Origin: an uncultured Methanosarcinales archaeon
Lineage (GTDB): Archaea; Nanobdellota; Nanobdellia; Woesearchaeales; ARS49
Direction of reading: 5' to 3'
Assembly (NCBI GenBank): GCA_964637115.1
Contig: CAZWVL010000005.1
Location: 1-64,000, forward strand
Length of the DNA: 64,000 nt
Shown here: positions 29,570 to 37,969 of the stretch, in pieces
Position numbering within the stretch: the stretch's first letter is position 1
Layout: every line of letters begins with the position of its first letter
Made by a program: the position numbers and the translations under genes
The notes under the pieces: generated by a model
Told to the model about the DNA's origin: nothing
Seen by the model: only the letters and a program-made list of their open reading frames with translations
Database searches by the model: none

Positions 29570-30628
29570 ATGTTTGCAAAAGGAGCTTTGAAGAAGTACA
29601 GTTTTAGCATTCTGTTAACTCTTGCCATTATTGCTATTGTTTTCTTGATTGGTCCTGCTGTTGCTTTGGTCCTTTCTATAGATGGTTTGCCCCCGGTATT
29701 TGTTGTTCCGGGTATGGTTATGTTTTTCCTGAATTTCAACCTTGATCCTGGAGAGTTGCTTCCTGGCGGGTTTACTTTGACTATTGATGGGTCCTCTTGC
29801 AGCTTTGATGTTGATGCTAACGAGCTTGGAGGTCCTCTTTGCCCTGATGTTTCTTGTGTTGTTGTTACTAAAGTCATGGGTTCTTTCGGACATTTTAATG
29901 CAGATGGTTTCTTTGATCCCACCAATTATGGTTACGGTTACGGTTATGGTTACAAGTATGGTTACGGGTACAAAAACGGAGAATTGCGTTACAAATGTAC
30001 GTGGACCTTGCCTTGCATCACTGGTCCTCCGGCATTTTCGTCAATATCATTCAGCACTACGGTAGATGGTATGGTGTTTGGCTCGCCGGCAAGTGCGATA
30101 TTTGTTACAGGCGAATCTTGTACTACGCCTACTCCGACAGTTACTCCGACAATTACGCCTCCTCCGCCTCCTCCTCCGCCTGGTGTAGGTGGTGCAGGTG
30201 GCAGCAACAGCGCTGTTGGCGCTGCTCACTGCTGTGATCCTATTGTTAACTTTGGAAAATGGCATTGCTGTCAGAAAGCTTACATTGCAAGAATCCAGTG
30301 CTGTGCTCAGCCGCAGCATCCTGATTGCAGTAAATATTGTGAGTTGCTTGCATGCATTCCGCCTTATATGCTGGACCCGATTGTCGGAAGATGTGTCTTG
30401 CCTTCTCAGAATGCGCCTGGACATGGCGGTGAAGGAGCAACACCTACACCTTCAGAAACCGGACTTGTAGGTCGGGCAATCACGCAAGGCGCGCCAAGTG
30501 GTTCTGAAGATAAAAAACCACGTACTGGGGGCTTTGATCCTGCAAACTGGATATGGTTGCTTGCTCTTCTGTTGCTATTAATTGCTGCTCTTGTATACTG
30601 GCGTTCGCGGCGTAGAAATATTGCTTAA
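29570..30628 (+). CDS. Cell-surface protein with Gly-Tyr repeat, poly-Pro linker, Cys-rich module and C-terminal membrane anchor
   Basis: N-terminal hydrophobic signal; YGYGYGYGYKYGYGY; TPTVTPTITPPPPPPPP; 16 Cys; KPRTGG + TM + WRSRRR. Confidence 0.75.
   Translation: MFAKGALKKYSFSILLTLAIIAIVFLIGPAVALVLSIDGLPPVFVVPGMVMFFLNFNLDPGELLPGGFTLTIDGSSCSFDVDANELGGPLCPDVSCVVVTKVMGSFGHFNADGFFDPTNYGYGYGYGYKYGYGYKNGELRYKCTWTLPCITGPPAFSSISFSTTVDGMVFGSPASAIFVTGESCTTPTPTVTPTITPPPPPPPPGVGGAGGSNSAVGAAHCCDPIVNFGKWHCCQKAYIARIQCCAQPQHPDCSKYCELLACIPPYMLDPIVGRCVLPSQNAPGHGGEGATPTPSETGLVGRAITQGAPSGSEDKKPRTGGFDPANWIWLLALLLLLIAALVYWRSRRRNIA
29927..29971 (+). repeat. In-frame hexanucleotide (GGTTAY) repeat encoding YGYGYGYGYKYGYGY
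   Basis: tatggttacggttacggttatggttacaagtatggttacgggtac. Confidence 0.85.
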
Positions 30629-30629
30629 A

Positions 30630-30872
30630 TAGTAAACGCTAAAAGTAATAGGACAAGATTGTGGCGTTTACTAGTTAGTGAAGGACACAAATGTCCAATG
30701 AATGATGTCCTTCACTAAAAACACGAAATTCTTTCTATTTTGTTTCTCATTTCTAGTTAATTCACGCGCTGCCTCGGCAAGCTGAGGTGATTTTAGTCTC
30801 CCCTTGCCTGCACAGGGGAGACTAAAATCAGTCTAAGACAGGCGTGGGGCAAGATTTTTAAGTCACGCCCGT
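30630..30872 (+). other. Intergenic array of five inverted repeats/hairpins (candidate structured RNA or MITE remnant)
   Basis: IRs 30630-39/30664-73 (10 bp), 30675-87/30706-18 (13 bp), 30771-88 (G-U-containing stem), 30788-803/30815-30 (16 bp perfect), 30841-46/30864-69. Confidence 0.6.
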
Positions 30873-30884
30873 AGGCAAGGATCT

Positions 30885-31943
30885 ATGATCGCAATTATCG
30901 GTGCTGGTCCTGCGGGTGCTTATGCTGCTTTGAAGCTTGCAGAAGCTGGAAAGAAGGTTGTCCTGTTTGAAGAGCATTCTGTTGTTGGAAAGCCTGTACA
31001 GTGCACTGGAATTGTTACTAAAGCTTTGTTTGACCTTGTTGAGCCTTCTGACGAGTATTTGATTAATGAGCTTGACAGCGTTAAGGTGCACGGTCCAAAT
31101 ACGAGTATTGAAGTTCCTCTTCACGAGCACGTTTTGTGCCGTGACAAGTTTGATCCGTGGCTTGTTAAAAAGGCAGTTGCTGCCGGTGCTGAATTGCGTT
31201 TGGGCCATCGTTTTACTGGTTTTAAGGATAATAAGGCGTTTTTTGATGGCAAAGAGGCTGTTGAGTTTGACGTTCTTATTGGCGCAGATGGTCCTTCAAG
31301 CACTGTTGGCAGGTGTGCTGGTTTGTTGAAGCAGAGGGGTTATTATGTTGGTGCGCAGGCAACGATTAAGGGAGAGTTTGATCCTAAGTCTTTTTCGGTT
31401 TATTTTGGGAATATCGCGCCTGATTTTTTTGCGTGGGTTGTGCCTGAGAGTTCTACTCGCGCCCGGGTTGGTATTGCTGCGCAGAAGTATGGTTTTAATG
31501 CGTATGATAAATTGCTGGAATTGTGTCCTGGCGAGATTGTTGACAAGCAGGCAGGTCCTATTCCTTTGTTTGACAGCCAGGGTGCGCAGAAAGATAATGT
31601 TTACCTTGTGGGAGATGCTGCTGCTTTGTGCAAGAACACGACTGGCGGCGGCATTATTACTGGAATGATGTCTGGCAAGTTTGCTGCAGAAAGCATTCTT
31701 ACAGGTAAAAGTTATGAGAAATTGCTGAAGCCGTTAAGAAAAGAGCTCAAGATTCATCAGAAGCTGAGAGACACGTTAAACAAATTTTCTGATGCTGATT
31801 ACGAAAAGCTCATCAGCTGGATGTCCGTTCCTAAAGTGAAGGATATTCTGCACAAGTATCCCAGAGAATTTCCTTCAAGATTTATGCTTAAACTTTTGCT
31901 GGCTCAGCCGAAATTCTTGTATTTCTTGAAGTACGCGTTTTAA
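30885..31943 (+). CDS. Geranylgeranyl reductase family FAD oxidoreductase (archaeal lipid/dolichol saturation)
   Basis: IIGAGPAG, GKPVQCTG, RDKFDPWL, GADG, FFAWVVP, VGDAA...TTGGGI. Confidence 0.9.
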   Translation: MIAIIGAGPAGAYAALKLAEAGKKVVLFEEHSVVGKPVQCTGIVTKALFDLVEPSDEYLINELDSVKVHGPNTSIEVPLHEHVLCRDKFDPWLVKKAVAAGAELRLGHRFTGFKDNKAFFDGKEAVEFDVLIGADGPSSTVGRCAGLLKQRGYYVGAQATIKGEFDPKSFSVYFGNIAPDFFAWVVPESSTRARVGIAAQKYGFNAYDKLLELCPGEIVDKQAGPIPLFDSQGAQKDNVYLVGDAAALCKNTTGGGIITGMMSGKFAAESILTGKSYEKLLKPLRKELKIHQKLRDTLNKFSDADYEKLISWMSVPKVKDILHKYPREFPSRFMLKLLLAQPKFLYFLKYAF

Positions 31944-32140
31944 GGGTTCCATTCGCTTGCTTTGGCCATTGCTTTGGAAAGCTGGCGAAGAAGCTTCATT
32001 TTGTCTCTGTCTTCCACCGCTACCGTCGCGCCGGTAAGAATAAGCCTGAGATCATTTTGTATGGCCTTTGCTCTGGCCTCAGCAGCTTCTTTTTCTGCTT
32101 TCTCAGCTTCTTTTTCCGCAACTTCTGTGGCTGTTGTCAT
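31940..32140 (-). CDS. Small hypothetical helical protein (start uncertain; ORF extends to 32221)
   Basis: Glu/Lys/Ala-rich helical sequence; AT-rich box about 22 nt upstream of the ATG at 32140. Confidence 0.45.
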   Translation of the reverse strand: MTTATEVAEKEAEKAEKEAAEARAKAIQNDLRLILTGATVAVEDRDKMKLLRQLSKAMAKASEWNP

Positions 32141-32245
32141 GCCAAATACTTTCTTGCACGAATTTAATAATCTTTTGCCGTACGTTACCTTTAAATATCT
32201 CCTCTCCATTAATTTGTTCAATAAAAGCTTAAGGGGTGGTATTGA

Positions 32246-32581
32246 ATGGGAGCAAATCAGACGTGGGCCAAGGTGATTGGAGTTGTGCTCATATTGGTGG
32301 GCCTTCTAGGCTTCTTTATGGGCGACAATGTATTCGGATTCCAGGTGAACCTGTTGCATAACCTTGTGCACTTGATTACTGGAGTAATTTTTGCTTGGGC
32401 TGGATTCTCAGCAGGCGCGCCGACAAAGAAAGTCAACACCTGGCTTGGTGTAATATACCTGTTGTTAGGCATTATTGGTTTCTTCGCATTGCAGGACTTG
32501 CTTGCGTTGAACACTGCAGACAACTGGTTGCACATCGTTATCGGTGTTATTTCAGCCTGGGTTGGCTGGAAGGCTGAGTAA
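32246..32581 (+). CDS. DUF4383-like 4-TM membrane protein
   Basis: LLHNLVHLITG and ADNWLHIVIG motifs; SD-like GGGGTGG upstream. Confidence 0.75.
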   Translation: MGANQTWAKVIGVVLILVGLLGFFMGDNVFGFQVNLLHNLVHLITGVIFAWAGFSAGAPTKKVNTWLGVIYLLLGIIGFFALQDLLALNTADNWLHIVIGVISAWVGWKAE

Positions 32582-32601
32582 GCCTTCATTTTTTTCTTAT
32601 T

Positions 32602-33213
32602 ATGATTTTTCTTTTCGACTGCTTTGGCGTAGTTGTAGATTGGAAGTCAGAATACATTATTCCTTTCTGGGCGAAATATGCAAAGATTTCTGATGCTGAT
32701 GTCAAGAGCGCGCTTTCTGAAGTGGGCCATCTTGCTGATACCGGCCAGATTTCAATGGATGAGTTGTGGCAGCGTTTTGGGGAGAAATGCCGTGTTGACC
32801 CTGCAGGTCTTGAGCATATTTTTGTCGAGTGTTTCAAGAAAAAGGCGCGTCTTGATGAAGGTGTTGTGAAAATTGTGAAAAGCTTGCACGATCCTTGTGT
32901 GCTTTCTAACCAATGGCCGTGGCATACCGAATATTTGAAAAGAATTGGATGGCTTTCTTATTTTAAGCGCGTGTTTATCAGCAATGAGCTGAATTATTGC
33001 AAGCCTGACCCCAGGGTTTATCTGGCAGTCATTAAGGAGCTTAGCGTTCCTCCTGATAGTATTGTGTTGATTGATGACAAAAGAGAGAACATTGATGGTG
33101 CTTTAAAGTGCGGTATGAAAGGTATTGTTTTTTCAAGTGCTGAACAATTGCGCGGTGATTTAGAAAAGCTTTATAATATCAAATTCAATCAGAGGAAGCA
33201 TGGCGTCGCTTGA
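32602..33213 (+). CDS. HAD-superfamily phosphatase (YihX-like)
   Basis: FDCFGVV (motif I), LSN (II), KPDPRVY (III), IDDKRENIDGA (IV). Confidence 0.88.
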   Translation: MIFLFDCFGVVVDWKSEYIIPFWAKYAKISDADVKSALSEVGHLADTGQISMDELWQRFGEKCRVDPAGLEHIFVECFKKKARLDEGVVKIVKSLHDPCVLSNQWPWHTEYLKRIGWLSYFKRVFISNELNYCKPDPRVYLAVIKELSVPPDSIVLIDDKRENIDGALKCGMKGIVFSSAEQLRGDLEKLYNIKFNQRKHGVA

Positions 33214-33844
33214 ATTTGCAAAAGAGGTTAAGGATTGGCTGCAGGATGTTCTGAAGCAGATTGATCCAAAGATTAAAATTTCTATTAAACAGCCGTGGGA
33301 AGCTTTGAAATTGTTGGACAAGCTCGAACTTGAGAAAGAGAGCATTCAGGGCCAGATAGAGACTGGTGTCAAGTGGGACGTGCCTATAATTTTGGGCAAG
33401 GGTTCTGTTATCAAGTTTCCTACGAGAATTGATGGTCCTGTTATTATTGGTGAGAACACGGTCATTGGCCCATACGCTTACTTGCGCGGTCCTGTCATTA
33501 TCGGCAAGGACTGCAAGATTGGCTCTTCTGAGGTTAAGAACTCAATAATAATGGACAATTCTTTTGTAGCGCACTTTAATTACGTTGGCGACAGCATTTT
33601 AGGCAAAAAGTGTAATCTGGGTGCTGGCACGAAGCTTGCTAATTTGAGATTTGATGGCGAAATTGTCAAAGTTTCTGCTGGTAAAGATACTAAAGAAATG
33701 TACAGCACTGGCATGCGAAAATTAGGGGCTATTATGGAGTCAAGTTCACAAACTGGCTGCAATTCTGTTCTGAACCCTGGCACGTATGTTGCGAAGAAGG
33801 CTAAAGTTATGCCCGGCGCTGTTGTATCGGGCTATGTTGAGTGA
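33200..33844 (+). CDS. Stand-alone LbH acetyltransferase domain of archaeal GlmU-type protein (probable GlcN-1-P N-acetyltransferase)
   Basis: PWEAL, GPVIIG repeats, EVKNSII, HFNYVGDSILG, NLGAGT, NLRFD, KLGA; no nucleotidyltransferase domain. Confidence 0.8.
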   Translation: MASLEFAKEVKDWLQDVLKQIDPKIKISIKQPWEALKLLDKLELEKESIQGQIETGVKWDVPIILGKGSVIKFPTRIDGPVIIGENTVIGPYAYLRGPVIIGKDCKIGSSEVKNSIIMDNSFVAHFNYVGDSILGKKCNLGAGTKLANLRFDGEIVKVSAGKDTKEMYSTGMRKLGAIMESSSQTGCNSVLNPGTYVAKKAKVMPGAVVSGYVE

Positions 33845-34856
33845 AAAAGTCCTTGTATTGTTCTATTACCTGCTGCACGTCGTGATGTTTTTTAACATAT
33901 TTGTATCCGTTCTCTGAGAGTTCTTTCCATTTTTTCTTGTTTCTTAGAAGAAGCTTGACGTCTTTTATTAAATGTTCAAAACTTCCTGAATGTAGTCCTG
34001 TATTGTGTTCTTTCAGCACGTCGTCAGGGTCCACGCTTAAGCTGATAATTGGTGTTTTGTTCTTCCATGCTTCGAGGAATATGTTGCCAAACCCTTCGCT
34101 GCAGGACGTATGGACGACTATTTTGGCTGATGAGTAGTATTTGTTTACTTCATCGTGAGGCACGTCTGGCAAGACTGTGACGTTGCGGGCAATGTCGTGT
34201 TTGAGTTTTCCAGCAACGGCCATCACAAAGCGTTCTTTTGGGAATTCTTTTGCTAATTTAAGAAAAATTTCTGGACGTTTGAGCGGATGAGCGCGTCCCA
34301 CCCATAAGATGTGCTTCCGCTTCATTAAGAGTGGCTTGTCCATTTTTGTTGAAATGTTTATGTTGCGCACTGGTCTTTTGGTGAACAATTGTAGATTTTC
34401 TTGTATTAAGCGCGCATTCGAAATTATGTGGCTGGCAAGTGCCAATCCAACGCGGTAAGCATATCTTTTGAGCCCTGACTGTCCCATGATTAGTATTGGG
34501 TCACATACTTCGATAAAGGCGTATTTTTTCCCGAGTAATTTGCATATTATGGGTTCGTAAATGCGTTGTTTTTGTTTTGATGAGCGTTCCAAATAGAAAT
34601 CGGCATTTATGTGTTTGAAGAGAGTAAAAGTGCGTAGGAATGCCTTCAAAAGAGGTTCTTTTGGGACAATCCAGAAAGTAACATTGTACTTTCTGAATGT
34701 TTTGAAGCTATCTCCTTCAACAATCATGTGCACGTCAAATCTTTTGTCTTTTGCCAGTTCGCATGCTTCATTATAACGCGCAATCTCAGCCCCTCCACAG
34801 GACCTTGAGTCTGTGATGGTCGTAAAACCCAACCGGTTCATGTAGCAGATTCGCAT
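33807..34856 (-). CDS. GT4 glycosyltransferase, paralog of 19029-20114
   Basis: CGGAE, LWVGRAHPLKRPE, EGFGNIFLEAW. Confidence 0.85.
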   Translation of the reverse strand: MRICYMNRLGFTTITDSRSCGGAEIARYNEACELAKDKRFDVHMIVEGDSFKTFRKYNVTFWIVPKEPLLKAFLRTFTLFKHINADFYLERSSKQKQRIYEPIICKLLGKKYAFIEVCDPILIMGQSGLKRYAYRVGLALASHIISNARLIQENLQLFTKRPVRNINISTKMDKPLLMKRKHILWVGRAHPLKRPEIFLKLAKEFPKERFVMAVAGKLKHDIARNVTVLPDVPHDEVNKYYSSAKIVVHTSCSEGFGNIFLEAWKNKTPIISLSVDPDDVLKEHNTGLHSGSFEHLIKDVKLLLRNKKKWKELSENGYKYVKKHHDVQQVIEQYKDFFTQHSPIQQRRA

Positions 34857-34875
34857 TATTTATCGTCGGCTGGCA

Positions 34876-34890
34876 AGATTTAATAAATCT
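34876..34890. promoter_or_regulatory. Inverted-repeat TATA element (AGATTTAATAAATCT) between divergent GT4 genes
   Basis: 7-bp arms around one central base, about 18-19 nt from both ATGs (34856 and 34909). Confidence 0.5.
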
Positions 34891-34908
34891 TTCAATTTCC
34901 CGGAGTGT

Positions 34909-35979
34909 ATGAATATTGGTTTGTATACTGAATGTTTAACACAACCCTATACTGGTGTGGAAATTCAGACAAAAGTTCTGATTGAAGGGTTGAGCAAAAC
35001 GCCGCATAAGATTACCTGTTTTCATTCCAATGATTCGCGGCATCCAAAATTCGAAAAAGTCAGCCACTTTTTGTTTCGTAAGCCTCCGTTCAGAGTGCCG
35101 TTTTACCAGAGGACTGCGGCGCTTTTTCATTATAATTGCTTCAGTCATCTTGACGTTCTGCACCTTCAGCATCCTCAGATGCCTTATGTTTTCAAGCCAA
35201 AAGTTCCGGTTGTCATGACGATTCATGACATAAGCCCTGTTTTTCTTCCTCATTTTCACAATATGCGAAGAATTGTGTTTTTCAGGGATGTTCTTCCTTT
35301 CTATCTTAAAAGAGTTGACGCCGTTCTTGCCAGCAGCGAGTCAACCAAGGCGGATTTGATTAAGTATTACAGCATTCCCGAGGAAAAAATTCAGGTGGTT
35401 CATCTTGCCCTGCCGTTGAAAATCTCTTCTGAAAAAAAGAAGGAGCCGTTTATTCTTTATGTTGGTACTTTGGAGCCTAGAAAGAATGTTGAAGGGCTCG
35501 TCAGGGCATATGCCATTCTAAAGTCGCAGGGTTTTAGGCAAAAACTGGTTATTGCAGGCAGGAAGGGATGGAAATATGAGAATATTTTCAGGCTAATAGA
35601 ACAGCATAATCTGCAAAATGATGTTATTTACAGGGGTTACGTGTCTGAGGAAGAAAAAGAAGAATTGTACAAAAAGGCAGAATTGTTTGTCTGGCCTTCT
35701 TTCTATGAGGGTTTTGGTTTGCCTGTTCTTGAGGCAATGGCGCGCGGAACTCCGGTTGTAACGTCCAGAAGTTCTTCCCTGCCTGAGGTTGTTGGCGATG
35801 CAGGTGTTCTGGTCAATCCAAACAGTCCTGAGGATATCGCGCGCGGCATACAGGAAGCATTATCTTCACCAGCAAATTATAAAAGGATGGTCAGGGAAGG
35901 ATTAAAAAGAGCCAAAAAGTTTACCGTGAAAAAGATGATTAAGGATACACTCGCAGTGTATGAGGGGGTTGTTAAGTGA
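34909..35979 (+). CDS. GT4 glycosyltransferase
   Basis: TIHDI, YVGTLEPRKN, YEGFGLPVLEAMARGTPVV, SSLPEVVG. Confidence 0.93.
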   Translation: MNIGLYTECLTQPYTGVEIQTKVLIEGLSKTPHKITCFHSNDSRHPKFEKVSHFLFRKPPFRVPFYQRTAALFHYNCFSHLDVLHLQHPQMPYVFKPKVPVVMTIHDISPVFLPHFHNMRRIVFFRDVLPFYLKRVDAVLASSESTKADLIKYYSIPEEKIQVVHLALPLKISSEKKKEPFILYVGTLEPRKNVEGLVRAYAILKSQGFRQKLVIAGRKGWKYENIFRLIEQHNLQNDVIYRGYVSEEEKEELYKKAELFVWPSFYEGFGLPVLEAMARGTPVVTSRSSSLPEVVGDAGVLVNPNSPEDIARGIQEALSSPANYKRMVREGLKRAKKFTVKKMIKDTLAVYEGVVK

Positions 35980-36902
35980 AAGCAAGCGTAATTATTTCGG
36001 ATACAGAGTCGCAAAACAGGCTGCTTGTTGACGTGCTTGCCTTGTGCAAGCAGGACCTTCCATCCCATCAATATGAAGTTATACTTCCTGATTTGGGGCA
36101 TTTTAGCGCTGAGGAAAAGACAATACTTGCAGAGTTTCAAAAGCAATATCCTAATTTCAGAGTGATCGGCAACAGGGGAAAAAGGAGCTTTATGCTGAAC
36201 GAAGCAGTTCGTCAGTCAAGGGGCGAGCTTCTTTTTTTTGTTGAATCACACTGCTTGATGCATAAAACCTGGTTGCGGGAATTTGTTGATTTGTTCAAGA
36301 ACAAAAAAGTGCAGGCAGCGCGCGGCTTCATTAATACAGTGCCGACTGATTCATGGCCTGGGCAGGGTGAAGAGCAGTACAGGAAGCGTGTAATGCATTA
36401 CTTTGAAGAATTGAAGGTTGCCGACTCTTATTTTGACTTTCATAATTCTGCGATTACGCGGAAGTGTTTTGATTCAATGGGCGGCTTGTCAGAAGATATC
36501 CCTACCCTGGCAGAATTTGAATTGGGAGCTGTTTTGCATCAGAATGGCATAAAAATTGTCAAGTTTCCTCAATGTGCGGTCTGGCATTTTAACGATGCTG
36601 CTTTTTCAAGTTATTCTAGAATTGTGGGCGCGCAGGGTGCAGATAAGACAAGGCTGCTGAAAAGGCGTGGTGCGAAATTTATGCGCCAATATTTCCCTCT
36701 CAGCAGAACTTTTATGAGGTGCCAGGCATTTTTCAGGCTGTTTAGGTTTCCCCTTCTTCTGATGGAAAAAACGCTGATTTACGGAGGGATTGCAGGTTTT
36801 ACGTGTGCAAAAAAGCTCCATATGAACAGGCTCGCCATGCGTTTCTTCAAGGTGTTTGCAGAAAGCAGCCACAGGTATGGACTGCTGAGCGGATTAAGAT
36901 GA
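35976..36902 (+). CDS. Divergent GT2-like protein (ESH in place of DxD)
   Basis: ASVII, YEVI, LNEAVRQSRGELLFFVESHC, HNSAITR. Confidence 0.65.
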   Translation: MKASVIISDTESQNRLLVDVLALCKQDLPSHQYEVILPDLGHFSAEEKTILAEFQKQYPNFRVIGNRGKRSFMLNEAVRQSRGELLFFVESHCLMHKTWLREFVDLFKNKKVQAARGFINTVPTDSWPGQGEEQYRKRVMHYFEELKVADSYFDFHNSAITRKCFDSMGGLSEDIPTLAEFELGAVLHQNGIKIVKFPQCAVWHFNDAAFSSYSRIVGAQGADKTRLLKRRGAKFMRQYFPLSRTFMRCQAFFRLFRFPLLLMEKTLIYGGIAGFTCAKKLHMNRLAMRFFKVFAESSHRYGLLSGLR

Positions 36903-37969
36903 ACATTTTGCAGTTGGGCAAGTATTATCCGCCTGTAGTTGGAGGAATTGAGTCGCACGTTAGAGAGTTGTGCGAAGGCCTTGTTAAAAGTGGAAATAAA
37001 GTTGTCTGTATTGTTTCTTCAGCTTCAAATAAAAGTTCCAGTGAAATCATTAATGGGGTTAAGGTGGTGCGGCTTGCAAAGCTTGTCGGGATTAATCATC
37101 CGGTCAATCTTTCTCTTCCTGGATACGTGAAGAAACTGCGGAATTTTGATGTCGTTCATCTGCATATGCCGAATCCGTCTGCTGAAATGAGCTGTTTGCT
37201 GGCAAAGCCGAAGAAGCTTATCGTGAGCTATCATGCAGACGTTGTCGGCAAGTTCGGTGCTGGAATATATCTTCCTTTCCAGAAGAGAGTATTGCGTATG
37301 GCGGATAAAATTATTGTATCATCCCCGCAGTATGCTGATTCTTCTCCTGTGTTGGAAAAATTTAGGCACAAGTGCGTCGTGATTCCATATGGTATTGACA
37401 TGAGAAAGTTTTCAGATAAACGTGGAATGTTTCTTGGCAAAAAGCCTGTTTTTCTTTTTGTTGGCAGGCTTGTTCGGTATAAGGGTGTTAAATATTTGAT
37501 TGAAGCAATGAAAAAAGTTGATGGGACTTTGGTTGTAGTAGGCATGGGGCCCCTGCTGAGTTCATTGCAGCTGCAGGTTGCAAAATTAAATTTGAATGGC
37601 AGGGTTAAGTTTTTCACTGATGTCAAGAGCAAGGACTTGCCGGACTTTTATCACTCTGCTGATGTTGTTGTTCTTCCGTCAATTAGCCGTGCTGAAGCAT
37701 TTGGGATTGTCCAGCTTGAAGCAATGGCGTGCAGCAAGCCTATAATCAGCACTTATGGCATTGTTAACCGGCATTTGAAAACAGGGCTTGTGGTTTCTCC
37801 TGCCGACAGCGGCAAACTGGCTTCCGCAATGAATAAGCTTTCTCAGAACAAGCAATTGTGCTCTAAATTGGGAAAAAATGGAAAAAGATTAGTGCAAAGG
37901 CATTTTGAAGTTAGTCTGATGGTGGATAGGATTGTTGATGTTTATAATCTAAAATCTTCCACGTCATAA
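36899..37969 (+). CDS. GT4 glycosyltransferase
   Basis: YYPPVVGGIE, HLHMPNP, YHAD, FVGRLVRYKG, EAFGIVQLEAMAC; ATGA-coupled start at 36899. Confidence 0.92.
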   Translation: MNILQLGKYYPPVVGGIESHVRELCEGLVKSGNKVVCIVSSASNKSSSEIINGVKVVRLAKLVGINHPVNLSLPGYVKKLRNFDVVHLHMPNPSAEMSCLLAKPKKLIVSYHADVVGKFGAGIYLPFQKRVLRMADKIIVSSPQYADSSPVLEKFRHKCVVIPYGIDMRKFSDKRGMFLGKKPVFLFVGRLVRYKGVKYLIEAMKKVDGTLVVVGMGPLLSSLQLQVAKLNLNGRVKFFTDVKSKDLPDFYHSADVVVLPSISRAEAFGIVQLEAMACSKPIISTYGIVNRHLKTGLVVSPADSGKLASAMNKLSQNKQLCSKLGKNGKRLVQRHFEVSLMVDRIVDVYNLKSSTS

